Below, piece by piece: positions 1-12,117 of a DNA stretch of 64,000 nucleotides; the stretch's first letter is position 1, and each line of letters begins with the position of its first letter. The position numbers were made by a program, and so were the translations under genes. This stretch comes from Octopus sinensis (lineage: Eukaryota), in assembly GCF_006345805.1 (NCBI RefSeq), contig NC_043006.1, positions 82,274,001 to 82,338,000 of the forward strand, read 5' to 3'. Under the pieces are notes generated by a model that was not told where the DNA came from, did not search any database, and saw only the letters and a program-made list of their open reading frames with translations.

Positions 1-633
1 TTTTATCCTGTGTGATCAGTCTTTTGAAAAATTTTGACTCGTCTTCTTGGCACATCTCCAAATTCATCCTCGAGCACTCGATGCGTTCTTGCTTCTGGAA
101 AGGTGTGAGCAACCTAGAAATCCATCTGGCAGACACCTTTTGCATATGCAAATGGTCATGAATGATAGTTTCCACAGACCCGGTACTAATCTTGACCTTA
201 TGGGCTATTTGGCGAATAGTTATGCGTTGACCTTCCGAAATGGCAGCCTCAACTTGACGGACAGACGTCTCATCAACGGCAGAAGGGGGCGACCAGATCT
301 GGGAGCTGTTTCCACAGAGTTCCGACTATGTTTGAATTCACAATGCCAGCGTTTTACAAGGTCATATGATGGAGCATCATCACCATAAGTTACTTTCATT
401 TCATCAAAAGTCTCCCGTGGTGTGCGTCCTTTCAAATACAAAAACCAGATCACTGCTCGACACTCAACAGGCTCCATTTCACACTTGACTCAGTTCAAAC
501 ACCTGTAAATCAGAAACCACAATTAGTTCGCCACCTAATCTATAGAGGTATAAATAAGTGCACATGCAAAGTTTTAGCTAGATCAAACAACTGCAAGTGG
601 GTCAGGGGCATTACTTATTGAACGCCCCTCGTA
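1..633 (-). mobile_element. Mariner (DD34D) transposon, 5' half; runs off the window edge
   Basis: ORF 220-477 (MEPVECRAVIWFLYLKG...SGRP) is a mariner HTH N-terminus. The TIR ...ggcattacttattgaacgcccctcg ends at 631, followed by TA (632-633). Near-identical to 19742-21015. Confidence 0.9.
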
Positions 634-691
634 AACTCACACCCTCATTTGTATCTACCCCTTTTGATGTTTGGGAATCTCTGATGTTTTT

Positions 692-775
692 TCGGCTGAC
701 GAGTACGAGCCATCTATATTTACTGCATTTTTTGTAGCTTATTAAAGATGTCCTCGTACGAAACAATTGTACCGA
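692..775 (+). ncRNA. Type I hammerhead ribozyme (canonical core, palindromic stem III)
   Basis: TCGG-CTGACGA-GTACGAG-(43 nt)-CTCGTAC-GAAA-CAATTG-TA^-CCGA. Stem I TCGG/CCGA, 7-bp stem II, stem III ACAATTGT; GUA cleavage predicted after 771. Confidence 0.85.
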
Positions 776-950
776 TATTTTAATCCATTCTTGTTGCTTT
801 TTTCCTGTTTGTAATCACCCCACTTGTCGTATGGTTAACGCCATATAGATTTCCGATGCATCCTAGTTAAGGACCATATTCATATGAATTCATTAGAATT
901 CACTTGAATCTCAATTACTTAAACCGTAGATATATATATATATATATATA

Positions 951-1001
951 ACGTTATATAATTAGGGCAAATTATTTTACTGAGCCCTAATTATATAACG
1001 T
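951..1001. repeat. Perfect 18-bp inverted repeat next to (TA)n
   Basis: acgttatataattagggc (951-968) / gccctaattatataacgt (984-1001). Confidence 0.9.
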
Positions 1002-1094
1002 AATATTTTGAATATACCTTGAATGGTCCTTTTACATACTGAACACTACTTGGTGAAATTAATTAATAATTAATTGATTTTACCCTTTTATTAT

Positions 1095-1136
<42 letters not shown>

Positions 1137-1364
1137 ATTTCGTTATTTTTTCTTCTTTTTGCCAATGTGAGTTATAAATATTGCTGTCTGTGGAGTTATA
1201 TTGTAGTTAAAAGAATTAGCTATTTTAACTGTTATTTCTAAATTTTCGGTATGTGTGAAGCAATTTTTTTGCTAGACCCTTAATTACACACACCACACAC
1301 ACACACAACACCACACACATATATATATATATAATATATATATATATATATTATATATATATAT

Positions 1365-1407
<43 letters not shown>

Positions 1408-2642
1408 GCATAAGAAAAGATATATTTTCTTTATCATTTATTGCAATTTTTTACATTTGGGTTTAAATAGCATATAAAAGTTTAATTCCTCTAAATTGAA
1501 ATACATAACAACGAGAAAAATTGAGCGTAAAGTGAAAAAATGAATGTAAAAAAATAGATACAGAAAGATTACGGAAAAATATTTTGTTATTGCAGCTTAC
1601 GATTGGAACCAATTTTCATTCCTTTTCTAGCTAATTTGAAATAAAAGAAAACATGTTTATTCAAAGAATTATCGATGGAATGTCAAATTATTCTGTATGG
1701 AATGCCTTGAACCATTTTTATACACACAAAACTGATTTCTCTGGGAATGCAGCACAAGCGTACCTAGTTTCTTTACGAAGTTTCTTTCGTCTACACAACC
1801 ATCATGGTTTGGTTGGCCTTTCTTTTCCATGGGTAGAATTGCTTCCAAGTAGTGGAAACTTTCTACTGCTGGAACTGGAGTTTCTTTCCGTATATGTTCA
1901 CCAAGCAAATACAGCACTACATTAGCTCTAAACTTTTCAAAATTCGTTTGCGTGTTTTCTACTTTGCAATACACCTTGTGGGTATTATGGATGAGAATTT
2001 CAAAGATATGTAGACGAATTTTCTAGTACCAACGGAGTGTTTTCCGAGGACAAGAATAATAGGAAAGCATTTGATCTGATCTATTTACGCCTAACATACA
2101 GTTGTTATAATCTCCTTATAATACTGGGCTTCCTTGATTTTTTTTCCATTACGATTTATCACATCTACCATTTCCACTTGGTGCATATTACTAATTGTCA
2201 ATACGCCTCTCTTGTCTTTCCATTTGCACATAACTGCTTCGTCTGATCTTATCCATTCTGACTCTCCTTTCTTCAACTATTTTTTACTAAATCCTTGGGG
2301 TTGTCTTTTCGGGTAAACCTCAGAGTTCCACATATATATGTAGATCGCTGTGACATTGCTTTTGTCAAAGGAACAGAGTTGTAGTAATTATCTGTGTACC
2401 GAATATAACCTTTATCAAGGAACTCATCCATCAGACTAAGCACGACTTGACCTGAATGCCCCAAGATGCCAGTTGGAGTGTCTTGCTTTCCTGAATAGAT
2501 CAGAATTTTTTGAACAATACCACTTGATTCACGCAGTTCATACAACTTTACTCCATACTTATGTCTCTTGTTCTTTATGTACTGGCGAAATACTAATACA
2601 ATGGTCCATGGACTCGTCAATACAAACTTCTCTCTCTGGGAT

Positions 2643-2878
2643 ACTCTCTTTTTATTGTTTCGGTCATTTGACTGCGGTCTAGCTAGAGCACCGCCTTTAG
2701 TCGAGCAAATCGAGCCCAGGACTTATTCTTTGTAAGCCTGGTACTTATTCTATCGGTCTCTTTTGCCGAATCCCTAAGTTACGAGGACGTAAACACACCA
2801 GCATCGGTTGTCAAGCGATGTTGGGAGAACAAGCACAGACATGCAAACACACACACACACACACACACACCACAACAC

Positions 2879-2958
<80 letters not shown>

Positions 2959-3358
2959 CGGGAAGCTTTATGAAAATAAACAAAAGACGAAGGCAGGTGG
3001 AGTACAAACCAAAAATTGTATTAGTATGGCGCTCAGGAATATAAATAAAACAAGTATTTTACGTTTCGAGCCTACGCTCTTCAACAGAAAGATATACAGA
3101 AAAGAAACACGGAGAGAAACAAAAAGAGAAAAAAAATGCGTGCAGAAGCTAGCGAATCAACATGGCGATCTATATATATATATACACTTATATACGACGG
3201 GCTTATTTCAGTTTCCGTCTACCAAATCCACACACAAGGCATTGGTCGGCCCGAGGCTATAGTAGAAAACACTTGCCCAAGGTGCCACGCAGTGGGACTG
3301 AACCCAGTACCATGTGTTTGGTAAGCAAGCTACTTACCACACAGCCACTCCTGCGCCT
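2643..3358 (-). mobile_element. tRNA-derived SINE (family A, head aggcgcaggagtggctgtgtggt) inside piggyBac
   Basis: A/B-box-like head, central microsatellite, (aaaagagt)n-type tail; many copies in the window. Confidence 0.85.
2957..3170 (-). mobile_element. ~200-bp microsatellite-embedded element (family D) with HHR-like motif
   Basis: Flanked by (TA)n. Motif CTTT-CTGTTGA-A-GAGC-GTAG-GCTC-GAAA-CG-TA-AAA at 3091->3057. Homologs near 19583, 21054, 33083; tail fragment near 11655. Confidence 0.65.
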
Positions 3359-4799
3359 ATATAATTCTTTCATAATATTATTGAAATAACTAAGAATGGG
3401 ATTAATTTTATGCAAACGATCACCTTTATCTTCTTCATTGTTTGAAAAATGAAGAAATCCGAGCAGCAACTGAAAACGATTCTGACTCATTACAGAAGGA
3501 AAAAGAGGAAGTTTGTATAAAATGTTAGTGGACCAATGACTTTCTATAGATGATTTGGGACATGTACCCATTTGTAACATCAGGATATGACTAATCCATA
3601 ATATGGAAATGTGGAAACAAACTAGTGGGTAGCTGTAAATTCCTCAATAAATAGCAAAGAAAGTGCCTATAAGAATTTAACAATCCCAAAGAAAAACTTC
3701 ATTTCCGTCACATTTGTTGTGTGTCACTCTTTGAACGGGGAGGATCTTTGTACAAGACCTTTCTGATGATCTAATATCTGCATAGCATAAGCATCAGTTT
3801 GCTCAACTAATACAGTTCAAAATTCATCTGTCAGAAATTGGTCGATAACCTCTATAGTATTAGTGTTGAGTTCAATCTTCAGTCCTGGAGTTGTAGTGAA
3901 GGGAAAATTAGGTGGATTTGTCGCTGCATTTGACCAAGTATTAGATGTCGATGCGGTTGGTGCCGGAGAACTTAGTGCAGTTGGTGCAGGAGAACTGCGT
4001 TGTCTCTTACGACCTCGAGCAACTAATAGTTCAACTTCGTCAGTAGAACTGGCGTCACTGGTATTATTTCCACTGGTATTTGCTACATAATTTTTATCCA
4101 AAGCATCTGAGTATTCACTCACTGACTTTAAGATATCATCTTCCGACAGTTCATTTTCCGCGAGTTCCTGAAGCATTCCAGCAATTTTTTTATTGGAAAG
4201 GCTTTTTGACATCTTATATATTACAAATCAAAATTTATAATAGTTCTTTATAAATCTGGAAAATAAAGAAAACATTATATAATGAAGAGGCATAGTCAAA
4301 TAATGAATAACATACCCTCAAGGCCTTCATAGCAAACCAATCTGAGCTTTTTGCATTGCTACAAGATAACTCGTATCAAGTCATTGTAGTGTAATTACAT
4401 GTATTATGTACCTATATACCACCACACAAAATATTTCAGCTTTCTGATTTGAGAAAGTTAATAAAACTCTTTTGGCAAATAGAAGCAGATCTGTGTACGT
4501 CACTCTTATTTTTCTAAGAAACCTTAGGTCGATAAACTAATATTTTAGAAAGACGCATTCTGTTGAAATACAAGATATTAAGGTTGCTTCCATTACATTA
4601 CATTACGAACAGAGTTTTGTATATTGGTATTTGGAATTGTTCTTCTCTTTATACTGGCAATAGAAGCAGTGAGGTTTTGGTACGAATATAACTAAGTTTA
4701 ACGCTATCTCTACGAAATATCTTATGATATCCATGTTACATGTGGAAATGATTATTTCTAACGTTTAAGACAACATTCGAACGAACAGTCAAATTACAC

Positions 4800-5540
4800 A
4801 GAAGAATTATACTGTGTAATATTTCGTTATTACGCAGAATAACGAAATATTACACGATGTAATCGTGCTGCTTATTACAATGACGCATTAAAGACTGGCT
4901 TCAATGACATACTACAACATATACAAAACGGCATTCATTTAAAAAAAAGCAAAAACAAGAAACGAAATATTATATGGTATAAGTATTTACATACTGCAAT
5001 CATTCGTTCCCATGGTTCCAAGATTTTCCTAGGCCATGTAAATAAGCACTTCCCCATAGACCATAGATACCATAGGATGTTTACTAGACGAGATACACTA
5101 TATCAAAGACTTCGCTGCTTACTCCACCAACGTGCTAAACTTTTGTCCTCTATGCAATTTCAACAATCCAGCTATCAATACATGTATGTTTCAAAAAGCA
5201 TTGATTCACGGATCTTAGTTCTATCTTGTAAATAACAGTGAACCAAGACTTGATGAAAATATAAGGATTGCAGAAAATCTCCTTTAAAATACTTTATCAT
5301 AACAGATTAATACCTTTAGGCACTCAGAAAGACATCGAACCGTTCCACTTTTCAATTATATCTAGAGTTTAAAGAAGGATAATGTTAACAAGAATATAAT
5401 TAGGTGATTCAATAGAATATACATCCTCATACGCCAATGTCTCCAGAAGAGATGTGGTCTTTGTCAAAGAAAAAATGTATAACAGCATATTACAGCTTTT
5501 GCAATTTTAAACAGAAAAAAAAACCCATCGGAATTGGTGA
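4800..5540 (+). pseudogene. Decayed Penelope-like retroelement ORF (RT C-terminus + GIY-YIG region)
   Basis: Manual translation gives YNDALKTGF (4876), KKRNIIWY...KIFLGHVNKHFPIDHRYHRMF (4957-5082), FKILYHN, TFRHSERHRTVPLFNYI*SLKK, CGLC and LNRK, in the order expected for PLE RT-thumb/GIY-YIG motifs. Confidence 0.7.
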
Positions 5541-5937
5541 GTTCTTGAAGGCACTTCTATCACTATTGAGAGATTGTCAACAACCAACTGGCTAAAATTG
5601 TTTATTTCCTACATAATAAATTCGCTCTATCCTGTTACTTTTATTCATCCACACTAAAGCTCCATTAAATGATTGTTACCGATCTTGTTTCTCTTATATC
5701 ATGTTGAAGAAAAGTTATAGATGCATATTGCATGTATTATGTGTTCTACGCATGGTACTTAAATAAGGCTATGCATGATGCTCTTTCTCGTGGTTTTACG
5801 GTAGCCAATAAAATCTTGATGACAAACCATAGTTCGATGTTTACAAATATTCTTGCTGCTATATTGTTACGCTGCTTCCGTTGAAAAAGTTTTCGATGTG
5901 AAACCCAAAATAATTATTCAAGAAGTTTCGATTCCTG

Positions 5938-5988
<51 letters not shown>

Positions 5989-6010
5989 TAATAATAATAA
6001 TAATAATAAC
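5938..6010. repeat. (AAT)n microsatellite
   Basis: Direct reading. Confidence 0.95.
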
Positions 6011-6327
6011 TCTAATTTTATGCACCGTATAACTTTCACTTCGTTTGCAAACAGAAACGTTCACCAATGCATATACACACTGTATACATACAAACTACAT
6101 GTGTGCCATATGTGCATGCCTGCATGCATGCAATGTATCTACACGTGTGCCGTTGGTGATTTCTTTTCCTTCTTCGGACTTTTCACTTTCTCCGTTCCGA
6201 CAAAGAGCTATACTCGAAACATCAAACTCGCTCCTTTCACCGGGCGTCAAGATAATATGTTTCTTGTGCACGTCTCCATATTGTCCGTTTTTAATCGTAT
6301 TTTTTCTATTCGTTTATTTGAATTGAC

Positions 6328-6387
<60 letters not shown>

Positions 6388-6479
6388 GTACTTTCATATA
6401 TAAATACATACACAAACGTGTGCTGTATGTATGTAAGCATGATGAGAAAGTTAAACTGTGAACTGACGACACCTTTCTC

Positions 6480-6633
6480 CTATAGACACAAGACCTGAAA
6501 TTGTCAAATTCCCCCTCCGAAAAGATGAAAGGCAAAGTCTACCTCGGCGGAATTTGAACTCAGAACGTAAATCCGGACGAAATACCGCGAAACATTTTGT
6601 CCGGCGTACTAACGATTCTGCTCGCTCGCCGCT
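6480..6633 (-). mobile_element. tRNA-derived SINE (family B, head ggcggcgagc)
   Basis: Homology to 14382-14612 (gagttcaaattccgccgaggt.gactttgcctttcatc). Confidence 0.8.
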
Positions 6634-6641
6634 TTGAGTAA

Positions 6642-6669
6642 TGATGTAGATGACGATGATGATGATGAC

Positions 6670-6701
<32 letters not shown>

Positions 6702-6948
6702 CGACGACGACGACGATGATGATGATGATGATGATAATGATGATGATGATGACGACGATGATGATGACGATGACGATGACGATGACGATGATGATTATGA
6801 TGATGATGAGGAGGAGGAGGCGGAGGAGGAGAAGGAGGAGGAGGAGGAGGAGGAGGAGGAGGAGAGGAGGAGGAGGAGGAGGAGGAGGAGGAGGAGGAGG
6901 AGGAGGAGGACGACGACGACGACGACGACGACGACGGCGATGATGATG
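6642..6948. repeat. Compound trinucleotide array (GAT/GAC)n-(GAG)n-(GAC)n
   Basis: Direct reading; explains the poly-D/E/R/T/M ORFs. Confidence 0.95.
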
Positions 6949-7691
6949 AAAAGGAAAAAAATTAAAACCATTGGCTTAACTGAGATTAGAGATTTCAAAA
7001 TAAATTCATTAAAAAAAAGTTCATATAAAAAGGGAATGATGAAAATATATACAAAACTAGTTTAAAACTAAATTTCCAAAACTGGAGACAACAATATCCA
7101 AACAGCGATTTACAAGAGGAATTATAAGAAGGCGGCACACCAGCTTTTGCCTTGTTCGTGTTAGTTGAAACGAAACGAAGATATTTTAAATTGTTTCCCG
7201 GTTTCCTTTTCTAAAAGCACGTCTCAATATTTGAAGACGCATTACATTTCAGATGCAAATACCAAAAGATTAAAGATAAGTGCAGTCACAGAGATGAAGT
7301 GAGGGGTGGGCAGGAAGAAGTAATGTATCGTGGGGTGATTCTTCTGTAAAATGTTAAGTACCATATAATAAGATAAAAATAACACCATTATGGATTATGG
7401 ATGTCTTTTGCGGCCTGTACTTCAGCGTTTTTATCCAAGTGGTGATGTGTGATTTGGTGTGGAAACAGAATTGTTTAGTTAAGAGAATGAGTTGTACGGA
7501 GATGCAAACTACATGAAAGAAGAAGTTAGTGCCGACATATTATATACACACATACATAGAACGATCGATCGATAGAGATACACGTACATGCATACATACA
7601 CACACGCACAAATATGTGCGTGAGTGTGTTCGTTTGTGTGTGTTTGTGTGTGTATACGTTAGAAATGAAGGAAATCTTAAACGCATATATG

Positions 7692-7755
<64 letters not shown>

Positions 7756-7767
7756 GATATATATTCC

Positions 7768-8180
7768 TTCTCTTTTACTCTTTTACTTGCTTCTACCATT
7801 TGAATGCGGCCATGCTGGAGTACCGCCTTTAATCAAGCAAATCGACCCCAGGACTTATTTTTTGTAAGCCTAGTGCTTATTCTATCGGTCTCTTTTGCCG
7901 AACTGCTAAGTTACGGGGACGTAAACACACCAGCATCGGTTGTCAAGCGCTGTTGGGGGGACAAGCACACACAAACGTATACACACACACATACATATAT
8001 ATACATAAATATATACGACGGGCTTCTTTCCGTTTCCGTCAACCAAATCCACTCACAAGGCTTTGGTCGGCCCGAGGCTATAGTAGAAGATATTTGCCCA
8101 AGGTGTCACGCAATGGGACTGAACCCGGAACCATGTGGTTCGTAAGCAAGCTACATACCATACAGCCACTCCTACGCCTA
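7768..8180 (-). mobile_element. SINE family A
   Basis: Full head-to-tail homology to other copies. Confidence 0.85.
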
Positions 8181-8200
8181 TATATATATATATATATTAT

Positions 8201-8262
<62 letters not shown>

Positions 8263-8421
8263 CATAAGGGACATTAGCCATTGAATGTGGCTAGGGACAG
8301 GGCAGGGCGGTGGGGTGTTACTGATGCATTTAGCCCCAGGCGATCATCAACGTCACCAGATAGGCTGACACCATCACGGTGTCCTCTATCCTGCAAAGGG
8401 AGATCATTCCCCGAAGAAGCG

Positions 8422-8482
8422 GATGCCACATACGGACCCAGGTTTCAAGGTATTTGCCTATCATCAACGTATGGCAGGCACC
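8422..8482 (-). ncRNA. Type I hammerhead ribozyme, variant core (U3), copy 1
   Basis: Reverse complement of the 8989-9049 motif, with one stem I substitution. Confidence 0.6.
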
Positions 8483-8988
8483 GCTCCTCGACGAACAACT
8501 CTCTGTGCAGGATATTTATATATAGATTTTCACGTAAATACATTTACTGATTTCGAAAATCTGTTCGACAGCAATAATAATTCTCTAAACGAGGTATATA
8601 CAGTAACTGCTCCATAACATAAGGGACATTAGCCATTTGAATGTGGCTAGGGACAGGGCAGGGCGGTGGGGGTTGGGTCCGTATGTGGCATCCGCTTCTT
8701 CGGGGAATGATCTCCCTTTGCAGGATAGAGGACACCGTGATGGTGTCAGCCTATCTGGTGACGTTGATGATCGCCTGGGGCTAAATGCATCAGTAACACC
8801 CCCACCGCCCTGCCCTGTCCCTAGCCACATTCAAATGGCTAATGTCCCTTATGTTATGGAGCAGTTACTGTATATACCTCGTTTGGAGAATTATTATTGC
8901 TGTCGAACAGATTTTCGAAATCAGTAAATGTATTTACGTGAAAATCTATATATAAATATCCTGCACAGAGAGTTGTTCGTCGAGGAGC

Positions 8989-9049
8989 GATGCCTGCCAT
9001 ACGTTGATGATAGGCAAATACCTTGAAACCTGGGTCCGTATGTGGCATC
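8989..9049 (+). ncRNA. Type I hammerhead ribozyme, variant core (U3), copy 2
   Basis: GATGCC-TGC-CATACG-TTGATGA-TAGG-caaata-CCTT-GAAA-CC-TG-GG-TC^-CGTATG-T-GGCATC. Stem III ACCTGGGT is self-complementary with G.U pairs; GUC site after 9036. Confidence 0.62.
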
Positions 9050-9256
9050 CGCTTCTTCGGGGAATGATCTCCCTTTGCAGGATAGAGGACACCGTGATGG
9101 TGTCAGCCTATCTGGTGACGTTGATGATCGCCTGGGGCTAAATGCATCAGTAACACCCCCACCGCCCTGCCCTGTCCCTAGCCACATTCAAATGGCTAAT
9201 GTCCCTTATGTTATGGAGCAGTTACTGTATATACCTCGTTTAGAGAATTATTATTG

Positions 9257-9304
<48 letters not shown>

Positions 9305-9309
<5 letters not shown>

Positions 9310-9627
9310 GGTACTCCGTCGGTTACGATGACGAGGGTTCCAGTTTGATCCGATCAACGGAACAACTAGCTTGTGAGATTAACATGCAAGTGGCTGAGCA
9401 CTCCACGGACACGTGTACCCCTTCATATACTTCTCAGGGAGATTCAGTGTGAAACAGAATGCGACGGGACTGACCCTTTGAAATACAGGCACTTTTTGCC
9501 AGCTGAGTGGACAGGAGCAACGTGAAATAAAATGCCTTGCTCAAATATACGGCACATCGTCGGGAATTGAACTCACGACCTTATGATCCTGATCCAAATG
9601 CCCTAACCATTAAGCCACACGCCTTCA
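9305..9627 (-). mobile_element. tRNA-derived SINE (family E/OR-like)
   Basis: Head ggcgtgtggcttaatggttagggc...gagttcaattcccg; tail ggaaccctcgtc.tcgtaaccgacggagt shared with 36088. Confidence 0.75.
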
Positions 9628-9658
9628 CATTATACATATGTACGCATATATGTGTGTA

Positions 9659-9683
9659 GAGATAGATAGATAGATAGATAGAT

Positions 9684-9754
<71 letters not shown>

Positions 9755-9765
9755 GGATGGATAGA
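9659..9765. repeat. (GATA)n microsatellite
   Basis: Direct reading. Confidence 0.95.
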
Positions 9766-10017
9766 TTTCTTCATTGGCCACGCAGGACTGAACACAGAAG
9801 CGACAAAATATAAAGTAGAGCTTTTGTTTTTGGGAAGAAGAGAAGGAAAAAGAAATGGGTCGAATTCCGATCAAAAGGGATGGTGAAAAAAAATGTGGGG
9901 ACGATCAATAGGGATCGTGTATCACAGGAATGTCAATGTAAAAAGGGAAAACAGATTAGACAGACAGATAGGTAGATAGGTAGATAGATAAATAGATAGA
10001 TAGATAGATAGATAGAT

Positions 10018-10235
10018 TTCTTTATTGCCTACAAGGGGCTAAACATAGAGGGGACAAGCAAGGCAGACAAATGGATTAAGTCGATTACATCGACCCCAGT
10101 GCGAAACTGATACTTTATTTATCGACCCCGAAAAGATGAAAGGCAAAGTCGACCTCGGCGGGATTTGAACTCAGAACGTAACGACAGACAAAATACCGCT
10201 AAGCATTTCGCCCGGCGCGCTAACGTGTCTTCCAT
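10018..10235 (-). mobile_element. SINE family B
   Basis: Homology to 14382-14612. Confidence 0.8.
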
Positions 10236-10553
10236 GCTTACACATTCGTATATGTCAGACTCAGCTGTCGTAGACAGTAGGTGTGGGACCTGCAAAAGTC
10301 TTGCTGAAAATCCAGCAGGGATGATTTGTTTACAGCGATCAAATGTTTGTGATGTACATTAGTATACTCTCTCCATCAAATTTATATTGCCTGCACAGGT
10401 GCACGAGGTGCCACACGTCAGATGTCGAAGTGATTATAGGGCAACGGGAGCTGAATTTCTTCGTTCAAGAATACAGCGTCTCATTCGGTCCGGTAATCGA
10501 AGCTATGATCCTGCAATCGCGTGTGTAACATCCTAACAACCAGGCCAGGGGCC

Positions 10554-10555
<2 letters not shown>

Positions 10556-10585
<30 letters not shown>

Positions 10586-10850
10586 CATACATACATGCAT
10601 GCATGCATGCATACATACATAAATACATACATACATACATACATACATACATAGAACATACATACATACATACATACATACATACATACATACAAACATA
10701 TGTACGTACGTACGTACATACATACATACATACATATATACATACGTACGTACATACATACATACATACGTACATATGTACGTACGTACGTACGTACATA
10801 CATACATACATACATACATATATACATACGTACGTACGTACATACATACA

Positions 10851-10885
<35 letters not shown>

Positions 10886-11022
10886 GTACGTACGTACGTA
10901 CGTACATGCATACATACGTACGTACATACGTACATACATACATACATACGTATATACATACACACGTACGTACGTACATACGTACATACGTACATACATA
11001 CATACATACATACATACATACA

Positions 11023-11053
<31 letters not shown>

Positions 11054-11235
11054 GTACGTACGTACGTACATGCATACATACATACGTACATACGTACATA
11101 CATACATACATACGTATATACATACACACGTACGTACGTACATACATACATACATACATACATACATACATACATACATACATACATACATACATACGTA
11201 CATAGATGCATACATGCATACATACATACATACAT
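10556..11235. repeat. (CATA/CGTA)n tetranucleotide array, ~680 bp
   Basis: Direct reading; source of the MYVC/HTYI ORFs. Confidence 0.95.
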
Positions 11236-11296
11236 AACATGCATGCATTTAGTGAGAGTGGGTATGTGACAAATATACTTGCAGATATACATACAT

Positions 11297-11344
<48 letters not shown>

Positions 11345-11348
<4 letters not shown>

Positions 11349-11559
11349 ATGTTGCAAAATTCCTGACTTTGGATTAAAAAAATACGGGAGGATCAGTTAA
11401 TTATGATTTTATTCAACTTATTCCCCTCTCAGCTTCACACACTTATGACGGCAGTCCTTCAGTTTTTTTGTTAAACCCTGTAAAAGAACTTGGAAGGTTA
11501 GGCCACCAACCAGGCTTTTTGTGACGCCTTCAAAGCCAAGAGCTTTTCAGTATCACTTC
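11345..11559 (-). mobile_element. Mariner 3'-end fragment
   Basis: TIR-like cgagatgttgcaaaattcctgact; minus strand reads KCVKLRGE*VE*, like a mariner C-terminus. Confidence 0.55.
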
Positions 11560-12021
11560 GTGTGTGTGTGTATGTGTGTGTGTGTATGTGTGTGTGTGTG
11601 CGTGTGTGTGTGGTGTGTGTGTATGTGTGTGTGTGTGTGCGTGGTGTGTGTGTTTAGTTGAAATTTACAGAAAAACAGAAGACGAAGACGTGTATAAACA
11701 ACAGGCAGTTCTGTGTGTATTTATATATATATATATATATATATATAGTTAATTAATAAGGGTGAGAGAATTAGATACTAATTTAATAGTATATCTATTC
11801 TACACCAAGTGGCCTAGTGCTCCGAGAAACCTGGATTATTATAATATTTTATAATATATTATAATATTTTTACAAAATAAATATAAGAGAGTGGTCACTA
11901 TATGGCTCACTCTAGCACCAGTTAATCCAATAGGTTTCAACCACAAAAAAACATGTTTCCCATGAAAGTCAGTACGATTGTTAGCTCACACGGACAGGGC
12001 AAATAAAAAATAACAAAAATA

Positions 12022-12117
12022 CAGATTATTTTGGGACAATTGTTTCGCTATTAATGAATTAAATGTAATTTTACTTACAAAAAAATCCACTTGTAGCTCC
12101 TCAGCCAAAACTATCTG
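12022..12117 (-). ncRNA. Type I hammerhead ribozyme, unit 1
   Basis: CAGATAGTTTTGG-CTGAGGA-GCTA-(43 nt)-TAGC-GAAA-CAATTG-TC^-CCAAAATAATCTG. 13-bp stem I with one mismatch; GUC site between 12035 and 12034. Confidence 0.88.

Larger units (their letters stand above)
1669..4212 (-). pseudogene. Degenerate piggyBac transposase interrupted by a SINE
   Basis: Fragments in order: acidic N-terminus (3817-4212), QNRFQLLLGFLHFSNN (3257-3580), VCIDESM...FRQYIKNKRHKYGVKLY...YTDNYYNSVPL (2273-2640), GVNRSDQ near 2075. Frameshifts and stops present; no TIRs identified. Confidence 0.85.
8259..9258. mobile_element. 357-bp tandem repeat with internal inversion (retrozyme-like), in (TA)n
   Basis: About 1.15 units in one orientation (8259-8673) joined at 8673/8674 to about 1.65 units inverted (8674-9258). 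Period 357 (8675 vs 9032). (TA)n on both sides. Confidence 0.9.

Noticed and set aside
1400-4460. piggyBac TIRs/TTAA TSD for the large relic
   Set aside because: No matching pair found by eye.
6460-6510. CTGACGA...TGAAATTGTC
   Set aside because: Stems do not pair; overlaps a SINE end.
10481-11357. Long 150-274 aa ORFs (MYVC/HTYI repeats)
   Set aside because: Translations of the (CATA/CGTA)n microsatellite.
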